Of a stretch of 64,000 bases of DNA, positions 51,584-62,502 are shown piece by piece. The translations under genes and the position numbers were made by a program. The stretch comes from Myxococcota bacterium. GTDB lineage: Bacteria > Myxococcota_A > SURF-8 > G963663525. Below the pieces are notes generated by a model. The model searched no databases and was not told the origin of the DNA. It worked only from the letters and a program-made list of their open reading frames with translations. The stretch is taken from assembly GCA_963676915.2 (NCBI GenBank), contig CAXXVK010000060.1, positions 192,001-256,000 on the forward strand. The letters are read 5' to 3'. Every line of letters begins with the position of its first letter. Within the stretch, counting starts at the first letter, position 1.

Positions 51584-52822
51584 TTACGCCGTTTCGTCCA
51601 GTTCCGAATCTTCCTGATAGACGATCACGGGCTTGGCTCCCTCGGTAATGACCTCTTTGTTGATCAGCACTTCCCGAATGTCGTTTCGGGAAGGGATTTC
51701 GTACATGATTTCCAGCATCACTTTTTCAAGGATCGTCCGCAAACCGCGTGCCCCGGATTTCTGCTTGATGGCTTGTTCCGCCACGGCGATCAGACTGGCT
51801 TCGTCGAAACGCAGTCCCACTTCATCGATCTCGAACAGCTTGGTGTACTGCTTGGTCAGGGCGTCTTTGGGTTCGCTCAAAATACTGACCAGGGCTTCTT
51901 CGTCCAGTTCGTGCAAAGCAGCGACGACCGGCACGCGGCCGACGAACTCGGGAATCAGGCCGTACTTGATCAAATCTTCATTGGCCACCTGGGAAAACAG
52001 CTCGCCGAGCGGTTTTTCTTCCACGCTTTTCACGTCGGCCCCGAAGCCCATGGCTTTGACACCGATGCGGTCCTCGATGATTTTTTCCAACCCGGAAAAC
52101 GCCCCGCCCGTGATGAACAGCACGTGGGTGGTGTCCATCGGCAGAAATTCCTGTTGCGGATGCTTGCGTCCGCCCTTGGGCGGCAAATTGGCGATGGTGC
52201 CTTCCAGAATTTTCAAAAGCGCCTGTTGGACGCCTTCGCCGGACACGTCTCGGGTGATCGAAGGGTTTTCGCTTTTGCGGGCGATTTTATCCACTTCGTC
52301 GATGTAAATGATGCCTCGACAGGCGCGCTCCATGTTGTTGTCGGCCACTTGCACGAGGTTCACCAGGATGTTTTCCACGTCTTCGCCCACGTACCCGGCT
52401 TCGGTCAGGTTGGTGGCGTCGGCGATGGCGAACGGCACGTCCAGAATCTTCGCAAGGGTTCGGGCCAACAGGGTTTTTCCCGTTCCCGTGGGACCGATGA
52501 GCATAATGTTGCTCTTGGCCAGTTCCACATCATGCATGTGGCCCTTGTAGTTGATCCGTTTGTAATGATTGTACACCGCGACCGACAAAATCCGTTTGGC
52601 GGCTTCCTGACCGATCACGTATTCATCGAGTCGTTTTTTGATCTGCTTCGGCTTGGGAACTTTGAACGTCTGGCTTAGTTCGTCGCTCTTGCCGATTTCT
52701 TCTTCAATGATTTCATTGCACAGTGCGATGCATTCATCGCAAATATACGCCGAAGGTCCGGCGATCAGTTTTTTAACCTCGCGTTGGCTTTTGTGGCAAA
52801 ACGAGCAGCGAAGTTCTTTCAT
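51584..52822 (-). CDS. clpX: Clp protease ATP-binding subunit ClpX
   Basis: CSFC..ICDEC zinc domain, [25 protein letters not shown] loop. Confidence 0.98.
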   Translation of the reverse strand: MKELRCSFCHKSQREVKKLIAGPSAYICDECIALCNEIIEEEIGKSDELSQTFKVPKPKQIKKRLDEYVIGQEAAKRILSVAVYNHYKRINYKGHMHDVELAKSNIMLIGPTGTGKTLLARTLAKILDVPFAIADATNLTEAGYVGEDVENILVNLVQVADNNMERACRGIIYIDEVDKIARKSENPSITRDVSGEGVQQALLKILEGTIANLPPKGGRKHPQQEFLPMDTTHVLFITGGAFSGLEKIIEDRIGVKAMGFGADVKSVEEKPLGELFSQVANEDLIKYGLIPEFVGRVPVVAALHELDEEALVSILSEPKDALTKQYTKLFEIDEVGLRFDEASLIAVAEQAIKQKSGARGLRTILEKVMLEIMYEIPSRNDIREVLINKEVITEGAKPVIVYQEDSELDETA

Positions 52823-53042
52823 AGTCTCTCCAATTCATGCCCCTTGAGCTTTCGGGCAACCGGGGCCGGTCAACAAAGGGAGCGAACTCCCGAAACATAT
52901 CAGCCCAATCTATATATCGTTCCATATTCGACGAACTGAATGATCTCCATCACGCGAAAGGCTCTTTTTCCTTTTCTTTATCGATACTTTCACCTCACCA
53001 CACTCTATCCAGACAACGATGCGCAAGATCTAGAAAGCCGGG

Positions 53043-53642
53043 CTATTTTTCCTCGACCTCTTCTTTGTGGGACAACAGCTTGTCTACCAATCCGTATTCG
53101 ATGGCTTCTTTCGCCGTCATGTAGTAGTCCCGATCGGTGTCTTTTTCGACCTTCTCCAGCGGCTGCCCGGTGTGCTCGGCCAGCAAGCCGTTCAAGGTCT
53201 TTTTCCAGCGCAGGATTTCCTTGGCGTGGATGTCGATGTCCGTGGCTTGTCCCTGGAATCCACCGAGCGGCTGGTGGATCATCACGCGGGAATGCGGCAA
53301 GGCGTAGCGTTTGCCCTTGGTTCCTCCGGTGAGCAGCACCGATCCCATGCTGGCGGCCATACCCATGCAGAATGTCGCCACGTCGGGGCGGATGTACTGC
53401 ATCGTGTCGTAGATCGCCATGCCTGCGGTAATCACGCCGCCGGGACTGTTGATGTAAAGATGGATGTCCCGCTCGGGGTCTTCGGATTCGAGAAACAGAA
53501 GCTGGGCCACCACCACGCTTGCCAAGGTTTCGTCAATGGCCTGGCCGATGAACACGATACGCTCTTTCAAGAGCCGGGAATAAATGTCGTAGCTTCTTTC
53601 GCCCCGGTGGGACTGTTCGACCACTATGGGAACCAGCGTCAT
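53043..53642 (-). CDS. clpP: Clp protease proteolytic subunit ClpP
   Basis: [28 protein letters not shown]. Confidence 0.98.
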   Translation of the reverse strand: MTLVPIVVEQSHRGERSYDIYSRLLKERIVFIGQAIDETLASVVVAQLLFLESEDPERDIHLYINSPGGVITAGMAIYDTMQYIRPDVATFCMGMAASMGSVLLTGGTKGKRYALPHSRVMIHQPLGGFQGQATDIDIHAKEILRWKKTLNGLLAEHTGQPLEKVEKDTDRDYYMTAKEAIEYGLVDKLLSHKEEVEEK

Positions 53643-53848
53643 GGTTTCTCCTCCATCCGAATCGGTAAAAGTCGTGAATTCCGATCAAAGAATTGTATCC
53701 AGAACAATTGTAGCGCAGGAATACACAAAAGCAAGACGGTAGGGAAGGGACAAGACGATTATTTCACGTCAAGTCGTGACAAAACGCATCAAAACGTTCA
53801 TTCGGGGGGAAGAACGTTCGAAATCCTTATCCTAGAAACAAGAGAAAA

Positions 53849-54790
53849 CTAACGAATAGCCAAAGCACCTTCGTGCTCCAGACAATCTTTGTAGGCAACG
53901 GTTTCGGACAAGGCGAGGTAGATGTTCATCATATCGAGTTTTCCGAATTGCAATTGTGCGATGTCGTAGATCGTTGCATTTTTTTGCGTTTCGAAATGTT
54001 TTTTGAACGTTTCTTTGCGCTTCTGGATAAACACCCGATTTTCTTCGATTCGCCCTCCCACATCGTCGATGATCGGCCCGTGACCGGGAAACGCTTTTGC
54101 GGGAAGGTTTTGTTCCAACGTATCCAAGGACGATATATATTGAATCAGGCTCGATGACCGCCGGTAGCCGTTGTCCGGGTCGAAATAGAGAAGAGGGTTC
54201 GGGGTAATGTGAGGGAGAAGATGATCGCCGGTGAATCCGACACCCGCGTCCCGGTCCACCAGACAGATATGATCCGGGCTGTGACCCGGCGTATGGAGAA
54301 CGGTCAACGTCAGATCGTCCAGCTCGATACGGTCGCCATGCGATACGGTGATGGTGTTTTCCGGAAAATCGCCCTGTGGTTCGAAGATTTTTCCGGCGTT
54401 GAATGCCTCGTACATTCCGTCGATCGTTTTTTGCGATACACCGCATTCGTGCAGAAATCTCCGGGCGTGGATTTCCTCTTCCTTGTCGCGGTGTAGTCGC
54501 CTGGGTGTCAAGGTGTGAACATACAACGTGGCTCCGCTTCGACGGCAGATATCGAAGGAGTTCCCGGAATGATCGAGGTGGGCGTGGGTCACGATCACCT
54601 GCCGGAGATCCTCGACACGAAACCCCAACCCGTTCAAGCCGTTTTCAAGCGCTTCCATACCCGGTGGATAACGCACCCCGGTATCTACGAGGGTAAGCGG
54701 CGAACTTTCGATCAAATAGGCGTTGATATCTCCCACGGCAAACGGTGTAGGAAGGGGAAGGGAATGGATTCGTTCGGAAGTAGATGTCAT
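53849..54790 (-). CDS. Metallo-beta-lactamase-fold hydrolase
   Basis: THAHLDH, TPGHS, FTGDH, PGHG. Confidence 0.9.
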   Translation of the reverse strand: MTSTSERIHSLPLPTPFAVGDINAYLIESSPLTLVDTGVRYPPGMEALENGLNGLGFRVEDLRQVIVTHAHLDHSGNSFDICRRSGATLYVHTLTPRRLHRDKEEEIHARRFLHECGVSQKTIDGMYEAFNAGKIFEPQGDFPENTITVSHGDRIELDDLTLTVLHTPGHSPDHICLVDRDAGVGFTGDHLLPHITPNPLLYFDPDNGYRRSSSLIQYISSLDTLEQNLPAKAFPGHGPIIDDVGGRIEENRVFIQKRKETFKKHFETQKNATIYDIAQLQFGKLDMMNIYLALSETVAYKDCLEHEGALAIR

Positions 54791-54919
54791 GACGAGGATG
54801 TGGCTCCGTTTCGCTTCAGGTACAGATCATTTCTCATTGGAGATATAGCAGTTTTTCCTTGGTTTTTAAACTGCCTAAAGACGTTGCGCACCAATATTTC
54901 GGGTCGAAGAGGATGCCGT

Positions 54920-56653
54920 TTAAATTTCGCCGATCATCCACCGGGCGGGCAATAGACCGCGAAGGGTCGCCAGCAGTGTCCGTTCGAGGACGGGTTTGCT
55001 CAAAAAGGCATCGGCTCCGCAGCGTTCGGCTTTTTTCAGGTGTTTCGGACCGCCTCGACTGCTGATCACCACCAGCGGCAGCTTGGAAAGATGGGGTTCG
55101 TGGCGGATTTTCTGCATCAGTTCGTAGCCGTCGATGTTGGGCATTTCCAGATCGACGAGCACAAGGTCGGGCACCTGGACATTGATCTGTTGCCAACCGT
55201 CGAGTCCGTCTTTGGCGGTTTTTACGTCGAAATCGTACCGTTCGAGCATCTGACGCAGGCTTCGACGCACCGTAAGGCTGTCATCGACAACCATGATCTG
55301 TAGTTTTTCCTCGCGAATCGCCTTTTCCGGTACGGTCAGATCCACATGCTGATGCAACAAAAACAGGTAGGGAACATTCAGCGCCAGCAAGGCCGAACCT
55401 TGCGGGTTGATCGTCGAGCCGAGAAAAATCTGCATCTGATCCATGATAGGACTCAGTTTACGTAAAATGACCTGCTCGCGCTCCAAAACCGCGTCCACCA
55501 TCATCGCCATGACTTCGTCGCCCGATCGCAGCACGACGAACGGAGATTTGCTGGAAGACGGCGGAGCCTCGAAACGCATGAAATCGTGCAATCGACAGGC
55601 GGGAATTTTCCGGCCTTCGTAGTCGATCATCGCGTTCCCGTTTCCAGAAGGAAAAGCGCAGGGTTCCAGAAAATGTTCGACGAACGACATCGGTATCAGG
55701 AAATCCTGCGTACGGCAACGGACCGTCGCCATATCCTGAATGGCCAGACTCAGCGGTAGCCGAATCACGAACCGTGTCCCCACGCCCTTTTCGGAATCCA
55801 CCGAAATCGAACCGAAAAGCTGGTCGATCTGATGCCGGACGACATCCAGGCCAACGCCCCTCCCGGCTCCCTGATCCACGAATTTCCGCGTGGTGACCTG
55901 GGGCAGGAAAATGAGCTGCCGCCGCCGGTTATCGCTCATCGTCTCCCATTGGTTTTCAGTGACGATTTCTTTTTCCAGCACCGTGGATTTCAGCCGGTCG
56001 ATGTCGATCCCCCGGCCATCGTCTTCGACCACCACAACCAGGTGGGAGCCGATCTGCTGGGCTTCGATAGCGATCGTGGCGACTTCCGATTTTTGGGAAA
56101 TATTTCGATCCACCATCGACTCGAAACCGTGGGTGAAACAATTGCGGATCATGTGGCCGATGGACTCGGACAGCAGGTCGGCCATCACTTTATCCACTTC
56201 GGTTTCGTCGCCGGAGGTCACCAATTTGGCCTTGACCTGGTACCGATGACTCAAGCGCCTGACCTGGAATTCGAAGTATTTGAAGAGTGTCGAAAACGGA
56301 ATCATCCGAACTTTGATCACCTCTTCCTGCAAATCGTTGACGACCTTGTCCAGTTGCAAGGTGTCTTCACTGAAATGCATGACAAGACGCTCAAGGTTTC
56401 TCAAAGATTCCGTAAGGTTATAATCCGTATCCTCGATTTCCCGACTCAGAATCGACAGGTCCGAATAACTATCGAATTCAAGCTGCCCGAACTCCGAAGA
56501 GGACAAAGCAGACGACGGAGACCACCCGCCGCTGGACGATAAAGGGAGCGCCCAGTAGTATTTTTTTTGAATCTCGGAGTATAGCTTGGAAAGATCTTTT
56601 CGCCGCTCACGAATTCTGGTGATGGCCGAAAACACCTGAGGAAACGAATTCAC
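54920..56653 (-). CDS. CheA/ChpA-like hybrid kinase, C-terminal part (HATPase-CheW-REC)
   Basis: HMIRNCFTHGFE, EDDGRGID, AGRGVGLDVV, VVDDSLTVR, DLEMP. Confidence 0.88.
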   Translation of the reverse strand: MNSFPQVFSAITRIRERRKDLSKLYSEIQKKYYWALPLSSSGGWSPSSALSSSEFGQLEFDSYSDLSILSREIEDTDYNLTESLRNLERLVMHFSEDTLQLDKVVNDLQEEVIKVRMIPFSTLFKYFEFQVRRLSHRYQVKAKLVTSGDETEVDKVMADLLSESIGHMIRNCFTHGFESMVDRNISQKSEVATIAIEAQQIGSHLVVVVEDDGRGIDIDRLKSTVLEKEIVTENQWETMSDNRRRQLIFLPQVTTRKFVDQGAGRGVGLDVVRHQIDQLFGSISVDSEKGVGTRFVIRLPLSLAIQDMATVRCRTQDFLIPMSFVEHFLEPCAFPSGNGNAMIDYEGRKIPACRLHDFMRFEAPPSSSKSPFVVLRSGDEVMAMMVDAVLEREQVILRKLSPIMDQMQIFLGSTINPQGSALLALNVPYLFLLHQHVDLTVPEKAIREEKLQIMVVDDSLTVRRSLRQMLERYDFDVKTAKDGLDGWQQINVQVPDLVLVDLEMPNIDGYELMQKIRHEPHLSKLPLVVISSRGGPKHLKKAERCGADAFLSKPVLERTLLATLRGLLPARWMIGEI

Positions 56654-58103
56654 GGATGCGAACCTTGGCCGTGCGCAATTCGGATACCATATCCATGATG
56701 TGTTCCAGCGAAGCCAGCTCCACGCTCACGCTTTTTTCCAACGCAGGAGTCTTGATTTCGATGTCCGGCATCGGAGGTTCCGGCTTGGAAGAGACGGGTT
56801 TTCCCTCCGGGAGCTGTTCGCAGAGTTCTTTCACCACAGCGGCAAAATCGGCCAAGCTGTCGCGTTCCTGTTCTTTCGTGAAATCCTGGTGAACGAAAGG
56901 AGACAGCAAATCCAGGCTGTTGTACAGACCGTCGAGCAACAGGTCCGACATCTCGCGATTCCCTTCGCGAACCTCGTCGAGAATATCCTCCAAGTCGTGA
57001 ATAATTTTCGATAATTCGTTTTTTCCTACCATCGCCGCCGAACCCTTCAGGGTATGGACGATGCGGAAAATGGCGTTGATTTCCTCGTCGGAGGCGGAAG
57101 CGGGTTGCATGTTGTCGAGCAGATTGCGCAACTGTTTGAGTTGCTCCCGGCCTTCTTCCCGGAAAATTTCTCCCAGACCTTCCAGCAGGTTTTCGTCCTC
57201 GTCTCCTCCTGGAGAAAGTTCGCCGTCCGAAGATTTTTCCTCAGAACCTGTTTCGGAGGAGGAAAAAGACTCTTCCAGCCCGATCAGGAAGTTGGTTTCG
57301 TTCTCGGGAGAATCTTCTATCGTCGAGAAATTTTGTCGGTATTCGGAAACCGTTTCCCGCAAATCGGCGGGAGCGACGATTGCAGCCATACTGAGGAAAT
57401 TTTCCAAAGGAACGCGGCCATTGTTCCCGGAATGAACTTCTTCGCAAATCTCCTGAATCGATACGGCAAGCAGATTGAGGAACTCTACGGCTTCCTGACT
57501 GAAATGCTGGGCATCGGCAATCATCCAGCAGACGGTTTTTTCGTGCAACGAAAAGACCGTCACACAGGTTTCCGGCAGGTTTTCGCATTGCAGTAAACGT
57601 CGAACCGAATCACGAGCCTGAATCAGTCTTTCCGAATCCCATCCGGATCGAAGTTGGTCGGCCAACCCTTCGATATCATCCAGTTCGTCTCGCCATTCTT
57701 CGCAGCTTGGCAGATCGTTGGGGGTCGTTATTCCACAGGTCTCGGGCGAAATGGAAAAGTCGATATCCGTATCGTTTTGCATTTCTTGAAACGTCTCGAA
57801 GTGCATAGCGAAACGGGCGAGGTGGTCGCGAATCCGGCTTTCGAAATCTGCAAGCGCCGCCGGTTCTTCTTCCAACGTTTTCAATTCACCATGCAGCACC
57901 GCCGCCACTTCGTGCATGTCCTTCCGGCCGATCATTCCGGTGACACCCTTGAGACTGTGGGCGGTTTCGACGATCTTCCGCAGGTCATCGGCACTGTCCC
58001 GGCGAGGCTCGGAGAAAAGCCAGTCTTCGAGCGTGCTCAGATAGCCTCCGACTTCCTCCAGGAAAGTGTCGATCAACTCGGGTGTGAGTTTCAATTCCGT
58101 CAT
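56607..58103 (-). CDS. CheA/ChpA-like hybrid kinase, N-terminal part with two Hpt domains (frameshift near 56640)
   Basis: AHSLKG and FRIVHTLKGS; ends inside the dimerisation domain (SVSVELASLEHIMDMVSEL). Confidence 0.85.
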   Translation of the reverse strand: MTELKLTPELIDTFLEEVGGYLSTLEDWLFSEPRRDSADDLRKIVETAHSLKGVTGMIGRKDMHEVAAVLHGELKTLEEEPAALADFESRIRDHLARFAMHFETFQEMQNDTDIDFSISPETCGITTPNDLPSCEEWRDELDDIEGLADQLRSGWDSERLIQARDSVRRLLQCENLPETCVTVFSLHEKTVCWMIADAQHFSQEAVEFLNLLAVSIQEICEEVHSGNNGRVPLENFLSMAAIVAPADLRETVSEYRQNFSTIEDSPENETNFLIGLEESFSSSETGSEEKSSDGELSPGGDEDENLLEGLGEIFREEGREQLKQLRNLLDNMQPASASDEEINAIFRIVHTLKGSAAMVGKNELSKIIHDLEDILDEVREGNREMSDLLLDGLYNSLDLLSPFVHQDFTKEQERDSLADFAAVVKELCEQLPEGKPVSSKPEPPMPDIEIKTPALEKSVSVELASLEHIMDMVSELRTAKVRIREFVSSGVFGHHQNS

Positions 58104-58133
58104 AACTGCGTATTTACCGTAGAACCCGAGGGG

Positions 58134-60656
58134 CTAACGGCTTCCCTCTTTCGAATCGAAATTGGTTGGGATTTCGGTTGTATCCTCCGACTTGGGAAGA
58201 ACTTTCATTTTTCCCGTATCGCCGGTTAAAGAAGGCGTTTCCGATTCAATTTTGTTGAACCCCAACAGCATGTCCGGTTCTTTTTCGATACTGGAATCAT
58301 CCTCCGGCGCTTGCATCGGGGGATCTTCGATTTGCAACGTGGCGGCAAAATCATCGACACTGGAATACTTATGCGGTCCCGTCGCGATTTTGGTGGTTTT
58401 ATCCGTATCGTTTTCGTCCAGCAGGAAATTACTACTGTCGAAAACGGCCGACTCTCCCGGATTGTGATTCAATTGCGGAGTATTCTTTGGCGTACCGGGG
58501 AAAACCGGCGTTCCCGCCACGGATGTATCGCTGGGATTGGATTTGTCGATCGTTTCGATCTGTGTGGACGTGGAACCCGAAGTGGAGGTGAAAAACTGGA
58601 AATCGGTGTCTTCGAGGAATTTTTCCTGAAGCTTGAACACCCGCAGTCCCTGATTGAGTTTCTTGGCCGGAGCCTCCAGTCCGTTGATGATTCGCCGCGA
58701 GCGCTTGATGTTTTCCATGTTTTCGCGTGAAACCTGGTAAATGGACTGAATTTCCCCGACGACGCGATCCATCTGTCCCACATGCTTGCGGGCGGATTCG
58801 GAAATCTCCTTGATCTTGTCGGCGGCGTCGAAAATCACCCGGTCGATTTCCTGAAGCGTGGTTCCGGCTTCTTCGGTCTGCCGCCAGCCTTTTTCGACCT
58901 CCTGCACCACTTCTTCCATAGACAACACCGCGTCCTTGGTTTCCACCTGAATATCCTCGATGAAAAGGGAAATTTCCTTGGTGGCGTTGGTGGTGCGTTC
59001 GGCCAGCTTGCGGATTTCGTCGGCCACGACGGCAAACCCCTTGCCCTGCTCGCCCGCCTTGCCCGCCTCGATGGCGGCATTGAGCGACAGGATGTTGGTG
59101 CGGTCCGAAATGTCGCTGATCATTTCCACGATGGTATTGACTTCCAACGAGCGATCTCCCAGGGATTTGATCGCCTTGGCCGTGGTTTGTACGTTGGTGC
59201 GGATGCGGTTCATGTTGGACAGGGTTTCGGAAATCACGCGGGAACCCTGACGCGCCGTCAGTGTGGCTTTTTCCGCTTCGTTGCTGGCGAAATCGGCTGA
59301 AAGATTGACCCGTTGCATGTCGCGTGCGACTTCGAGCGTTTTCGAACTGACCGAGTGAATCTCCATCTGCTGACGCTTGGAACCCTTGGTGATGGTGTGG
59401 AAGTTGTCCAGCACCTGTTCGCTCGCCGCGCTCATGCGCAGACCGGATCGTCGAACCTCGATAATCAGCTTGGACATTTCGTCCAGCATCATGTTGAAGG
59501 CGTCGGCCACCGAACCCAGAATATCGGTGGTGACATTGGCTCGCTGGGTAAAATCGCCTTTCGAGGCCACAGAGACAATATCGAGCAATTGAATGATGTT
59601 GCGTTGAAGCTGGATTTTGCTCTCTTCGCTCTGAATCAGGTTGGTCATCGAGTCGAGCATTCGGTTGATCGAAGATCCCAGTTCATACAGGCTGGTGGAG
59701 GAAGGAGGGACGTTGGTTCGTCTATGGTACTCGCCCCGTCGGATGTATTCCGCCGTGATGCGCAGGTGGTCGATGGGATCGGAAATCTCCCGCTTGCCCT
59801 GCAATGTCAGCAAAAACACCATAATCACGGCAATGACCGCGAAAATATACAACAGTTTTTCGGCCAGACCACTGGCGTTCTGGGATTCGTTCTGGAGCTG
59901 ATAGTTGATTTGGGCGACATCATCGAGCGAATCCGAAACGGTGGATAAAATCTGCATCGTCGGTCCCGCCACATCTACAGAAAGGGCGAGGGAATAATCG
60001 GTGTTTCCTGCCGGTACCAGCAAAACAAGTTTTTTGGGTTGAAACTCTTCCTTCTCCTGGTTTTCGAGCAATTGCACGACCGATTTGGACTGTCCCGCCA
60101 AGGCCGGGTCGTTCCGTGATTTTTTTACATGCTCGGAATAGTTCTTTTTGATCGCCAAAAGCGCCGCATCCGGTAGCGCTTCATCGAGCGTGGTTCCCGG
60201 CCCGGTCAGGCCGTCGATCATCACGCGCCCCTGCCCCTGTTTATCCACATGCTTGAACAGCAGAATTCTCGACGACGGTCCGGCGTAGAAATCGTTGAAC
60301 AGTTCGGCGAGTAACGGACTTGTCTGCACCTCTTTGTCGTCCAGATCCTTGATTTCGATGACGAGACGGACTTGCTCGGCGAAAGAATCGACATTGGAAA
60401 TGATGTGCTGAACGAGGATTTTCTCTGCCGAAAGTCGAGCCATTTCAAGCCCTTTGTTGACTTTGACAAAGGATTGGGCGGCATTGTTCTGGATGGACTC
60501 GAACGCTCCTTCATAAACGAATTTGTACAAAAATACGGGAAACGTGAAGGCGGGAACGAAGGTCAGCAGAATGTAAAAAAGCAGACGCCATCGCAGTTTC
60601 AAGAACCAGCGTTCTTTTTTGGCTTGCTTTTTCAGCGGGCTGTTTTCCTGTTTCAT
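58134..60656 (-). CDS. PilJ-like methyl-accepting chemotaxis protein with long acidic tail
   Basis: Two TM helices, two HAMPs ([20 protein letters not shown]), [18 protein letters not shown]; ATGA overlap with cheW. Confidence 0.9.
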   Translation of the reverse strand: MKQENSPLKKQAKKERWFLKLRWRLLFYILLTFVPAFTFPVFLYKFVYEGAFESIQNNAAQSFVKVNKGLEMARLSAEKILVQHIISNVDSFAEQVRLVIEIKDLDDKEVQTSPLLAELFNDFYAGPSSRILLFKHVDKQGQGRVMIDGLTGPGTTLDEALPDAALLAIKKNYSEHVKKSRNDPALAGQSKSVVQLLENQEKEEFQPKKLVLLVPAGNTDYSLALSVDVAGPTMQILSTVSDSLDDVAQINYQLQNESQNASGLAEKLLYIFAVIAVIMVFLLTLQGKREISDPIDHLRITAEYIRRGEYHRRTNVPPSSTSLYELGSSINRMLDSMTNLIQSEESKIQLQRNIIQLLDIVSVASKGDFTQRANVTTDILGSVADAFNMMLDEMSKLIIEVRRSGLRMSAASEQVLDNFHTITKGSKRQQMEIHSVSSKTLEVARDMQRVNLSADFASNEAEKATLTARQGSRVISETLSNMNRIRTNVQTTAKAIKSLGDRSLEVNTIVEMISDISDRTNILSLNAAIEAGKAGEQGKGFAVVADEIRKLAERTTNATKEISLFIEDIQVETKDAVLSMEEVVQEVEKGWRQTEEAGTTLQEIDRVIFDAADKIKEISESARKHVGQMDRVVGEIQSIYQVSRENMENIKRSRRIINGLEAPAKKLNQGLRVFKLQEKFLEDTDFQFFTSTSGSTSTQIETIDKSNPSDTSVAGTPVFPGTPKNTPQLNHNPGESAVFDSSNFLLDENDTDKTTKIATGPHKYSSVDDFAATLQIEDPPMQAPEDDSSIEKEPDMLLGFNKIESETPSLTGDTGKMKVLPKSEDTTEIPTNFDSKEGSR

Positions 60657-61123
60657 CAATCGACCTCTTTGGCGCTTGCCATGCCGAGCGTTTCCGCCCA
60701 GACGGAAGAAACCTGGTTACGAAGCTGCAAAGGAATGTTTTTCACGTTGATAAACTGCTTCGCATTGGCCTGGTCCTGCCAGACACCGGCAATCAGGTCT
60801 TCGTCCATTTTCGTAAACGAACTTTTGGGAATCTTGAAGATTCCTCGTATTTTCCAAACAACGATCACGTAAGGGATCTTTCCCGAAGACACACGAAGAC
60901 CATAGAGCTTCGTCTGGTTCCAGGGGTTCGATACCCGTTGAATCAGGCTGAAAATATCCACGCAAGGATACGTCATCCCCCGCAGGCAGGTCAAACCGCA
61001 CAATCCCGGCGGCGCCAGGGGAATCGGCGTCAGGTTGTCCAGGGCGATCACTTCGTCCACGAACGCCAACTCGATGCAATACGAGCGCTTGGCAAGACTG
61101 AATTCGATCACTTCCAAAGACAT
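60656..61123 (-). CDS. cheW: CheW-like (PilI-like) adaptor
   Basis: VDEVI...[22 protein letters not shown]. Confidence 0.82.
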   Translation of the reverse strand: MSLEVIEFSLAKRSYCIELAFVDEVIALDNLTPIPLAPPGLCGLTCLRGMTYPCVDIFSLIQRVSNPWNQTKLYGLRVSSGKIPYVIVVWKIRGIFKIPKSSFTKMDEDLIAGVWQDQANAKQFINVKNIPLQLRNQVSSVWAETLGMASAKEVD

Positions 61124-61238
61124 CGGTTCCGGCTACGCCTCCAAAATATGTTTCCCCAGCGTCCGTTTTATGGAAACTCGCATCCATCCTGCGGATTTCG
61201 GGTGGAATTCGATTCTGACGGATGGTTACAAACCGCCA

Positions 61239-61613
61239 TTACCCGGCCTTGGCCCCCAACAACTCGTTGATTTTATCCACGAGTTCGGACACGTCGAAGG
61301 GTTTTCCGAAATAGGCGTCCGCGCCCTGCTTCATTCCCCAATACCGGTCACTTTCCTGGTTTCGCGTGGATACGAAAATGATTTTGGCCTGTTTCAACGT
61401 CGGATTTTCCTTGATCGTCCGGCAGACCTGATAACCGTCTTTTTTCGGCATCACGACATCGAGCAACACGAGATCGGGGACGAGATCGGCCAGGATACGT
61501 TCGGCATCCTCGCCGTCTCGTGCAACCACGGTATCATGCCCCAGGGTCTGCATGATCTGTTGAAACAGCAGTACTTCGGTCGGGGAATCGTCCACGATAA
61601 GGATATTCGCCAC
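61239..61613 (-). CDS. PilH/CheY-like response regulator
   Basis: ILIVDDSPTE, LDVVMP, GYQVCR, DRYWGMKQGA; GTG 61613 with TAAGGAG RBS. Confidence 0.9.
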   Translation of the reverse strand: MANILIVDDSPTEVLLFQQIMQTLGHDTVVARDGEDAERILADLVPDLVLLDVVMPKKDGYQVCRTIKENPTLKQAKIIFVSTRNQESDRYWGMKQGADAYFGKPFDVSELVDKINELLGAKAG

Positions 61614-61891
61614 CGTAAGCTCCTTAGGAAAACGGGAAAACGAAAGTACATTTCGGACATGGCATTGCTTCTTCGACGGAATTTCTCCCGTCATCCGGTA
61701 CACGTCCACCCTTGTCCCAAAGGCTCCGGCAAAAGTCCGAAAAACGGTACCTATCGGAAATTCTCGCCCGTTGGAAACAATGCCACGTCATATAATACTT
61801 TAGTATACCACGTTTTTCAGGGCGCGCCATTGAAAATACGTCTCATCCTGGCAATGCAACGGCAAATCCGAACCACGAACGTCTTTTTTCG

Positions 61892-62473
61892 TTATTCGAT
61901 CACCACGCCGAAGGCTTCGAGCAGACCACGAATTCCCGTGGCGTCGAAACGCGCTTTTTCGATCCGGTTGTCTCTGGGATCGAAGGCGTAGCCCGTGGCG
62001 CTGCGAAAATCCGCGCCGCGAAGATCGCAGCCCACTATCCGTGCTCCCGAAAAATCCGACCCGTCGAAATTCGCTTCGGGGAAGGTGCAACGAAGAAATT
62101 CGGCGTCTCGCAGCCTTGAGCCGGTCAGGGAAAATCCGTGCTGATCCAGCTCGGAAAACAGGGCGTACGACAAGTCGCACTCGTGAAACGACAACTCCAG
62201 CAACAGTTTGTCGCAGGTTCCGAAATCGACGCCCAGTAGTTTGCAGGTATCGAAATGGACGGTTTTGAACGCGGCGTTTGCAACATTGGCATTGGAGAGA
62301 TTGCAGCGCCGGAAGGTGCAGTCGATCCAGCGGGACCGTCGAAGATCCGCCTCGGAGAAATCGCAGCTTTCGAAACGACAATCCCGAAACACCCGACCCT
62401 GAAGCGGAGATTTGCCCCACGTCAACGAGTCGAACGTTTCATCCGAGTATTCCATGGCTTTGCGGTCATTCAT
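61892..62473 (-). CDS. Pentapeptide repeat protein
   Basis: CRFES-CDFSE-ADLRR type repeats throughout. Confidence 0.9.
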   Translation of the reverse strand: MNDRKAMEYSDETFDSLTWGKSPLQGRVFRDCRFESCDFSEADLRRSRWIDCTFRRCNLSNANVANAAFKTVHFDTCKLLGVDFGTCDKLLLELSFHECDLSYALFSELDQHGFSLTGSRLRDAEFLRCTFPEANFDGSDFSGARIVGCDLRGADFRSATGYAFDPRDNRIEKARFDATGIRGLLEAFGVVIE

Positions 62474-62502
62474 TTTCGCTATTCAGCGGTATTTTTACCC
62501 GA

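Noticed and set aside
61892-62473. Qnr quinolone-resistance gene
   Set aside because: Generic chromosomal pentapeptide repeat; Qnr-specific features cannot be supported.
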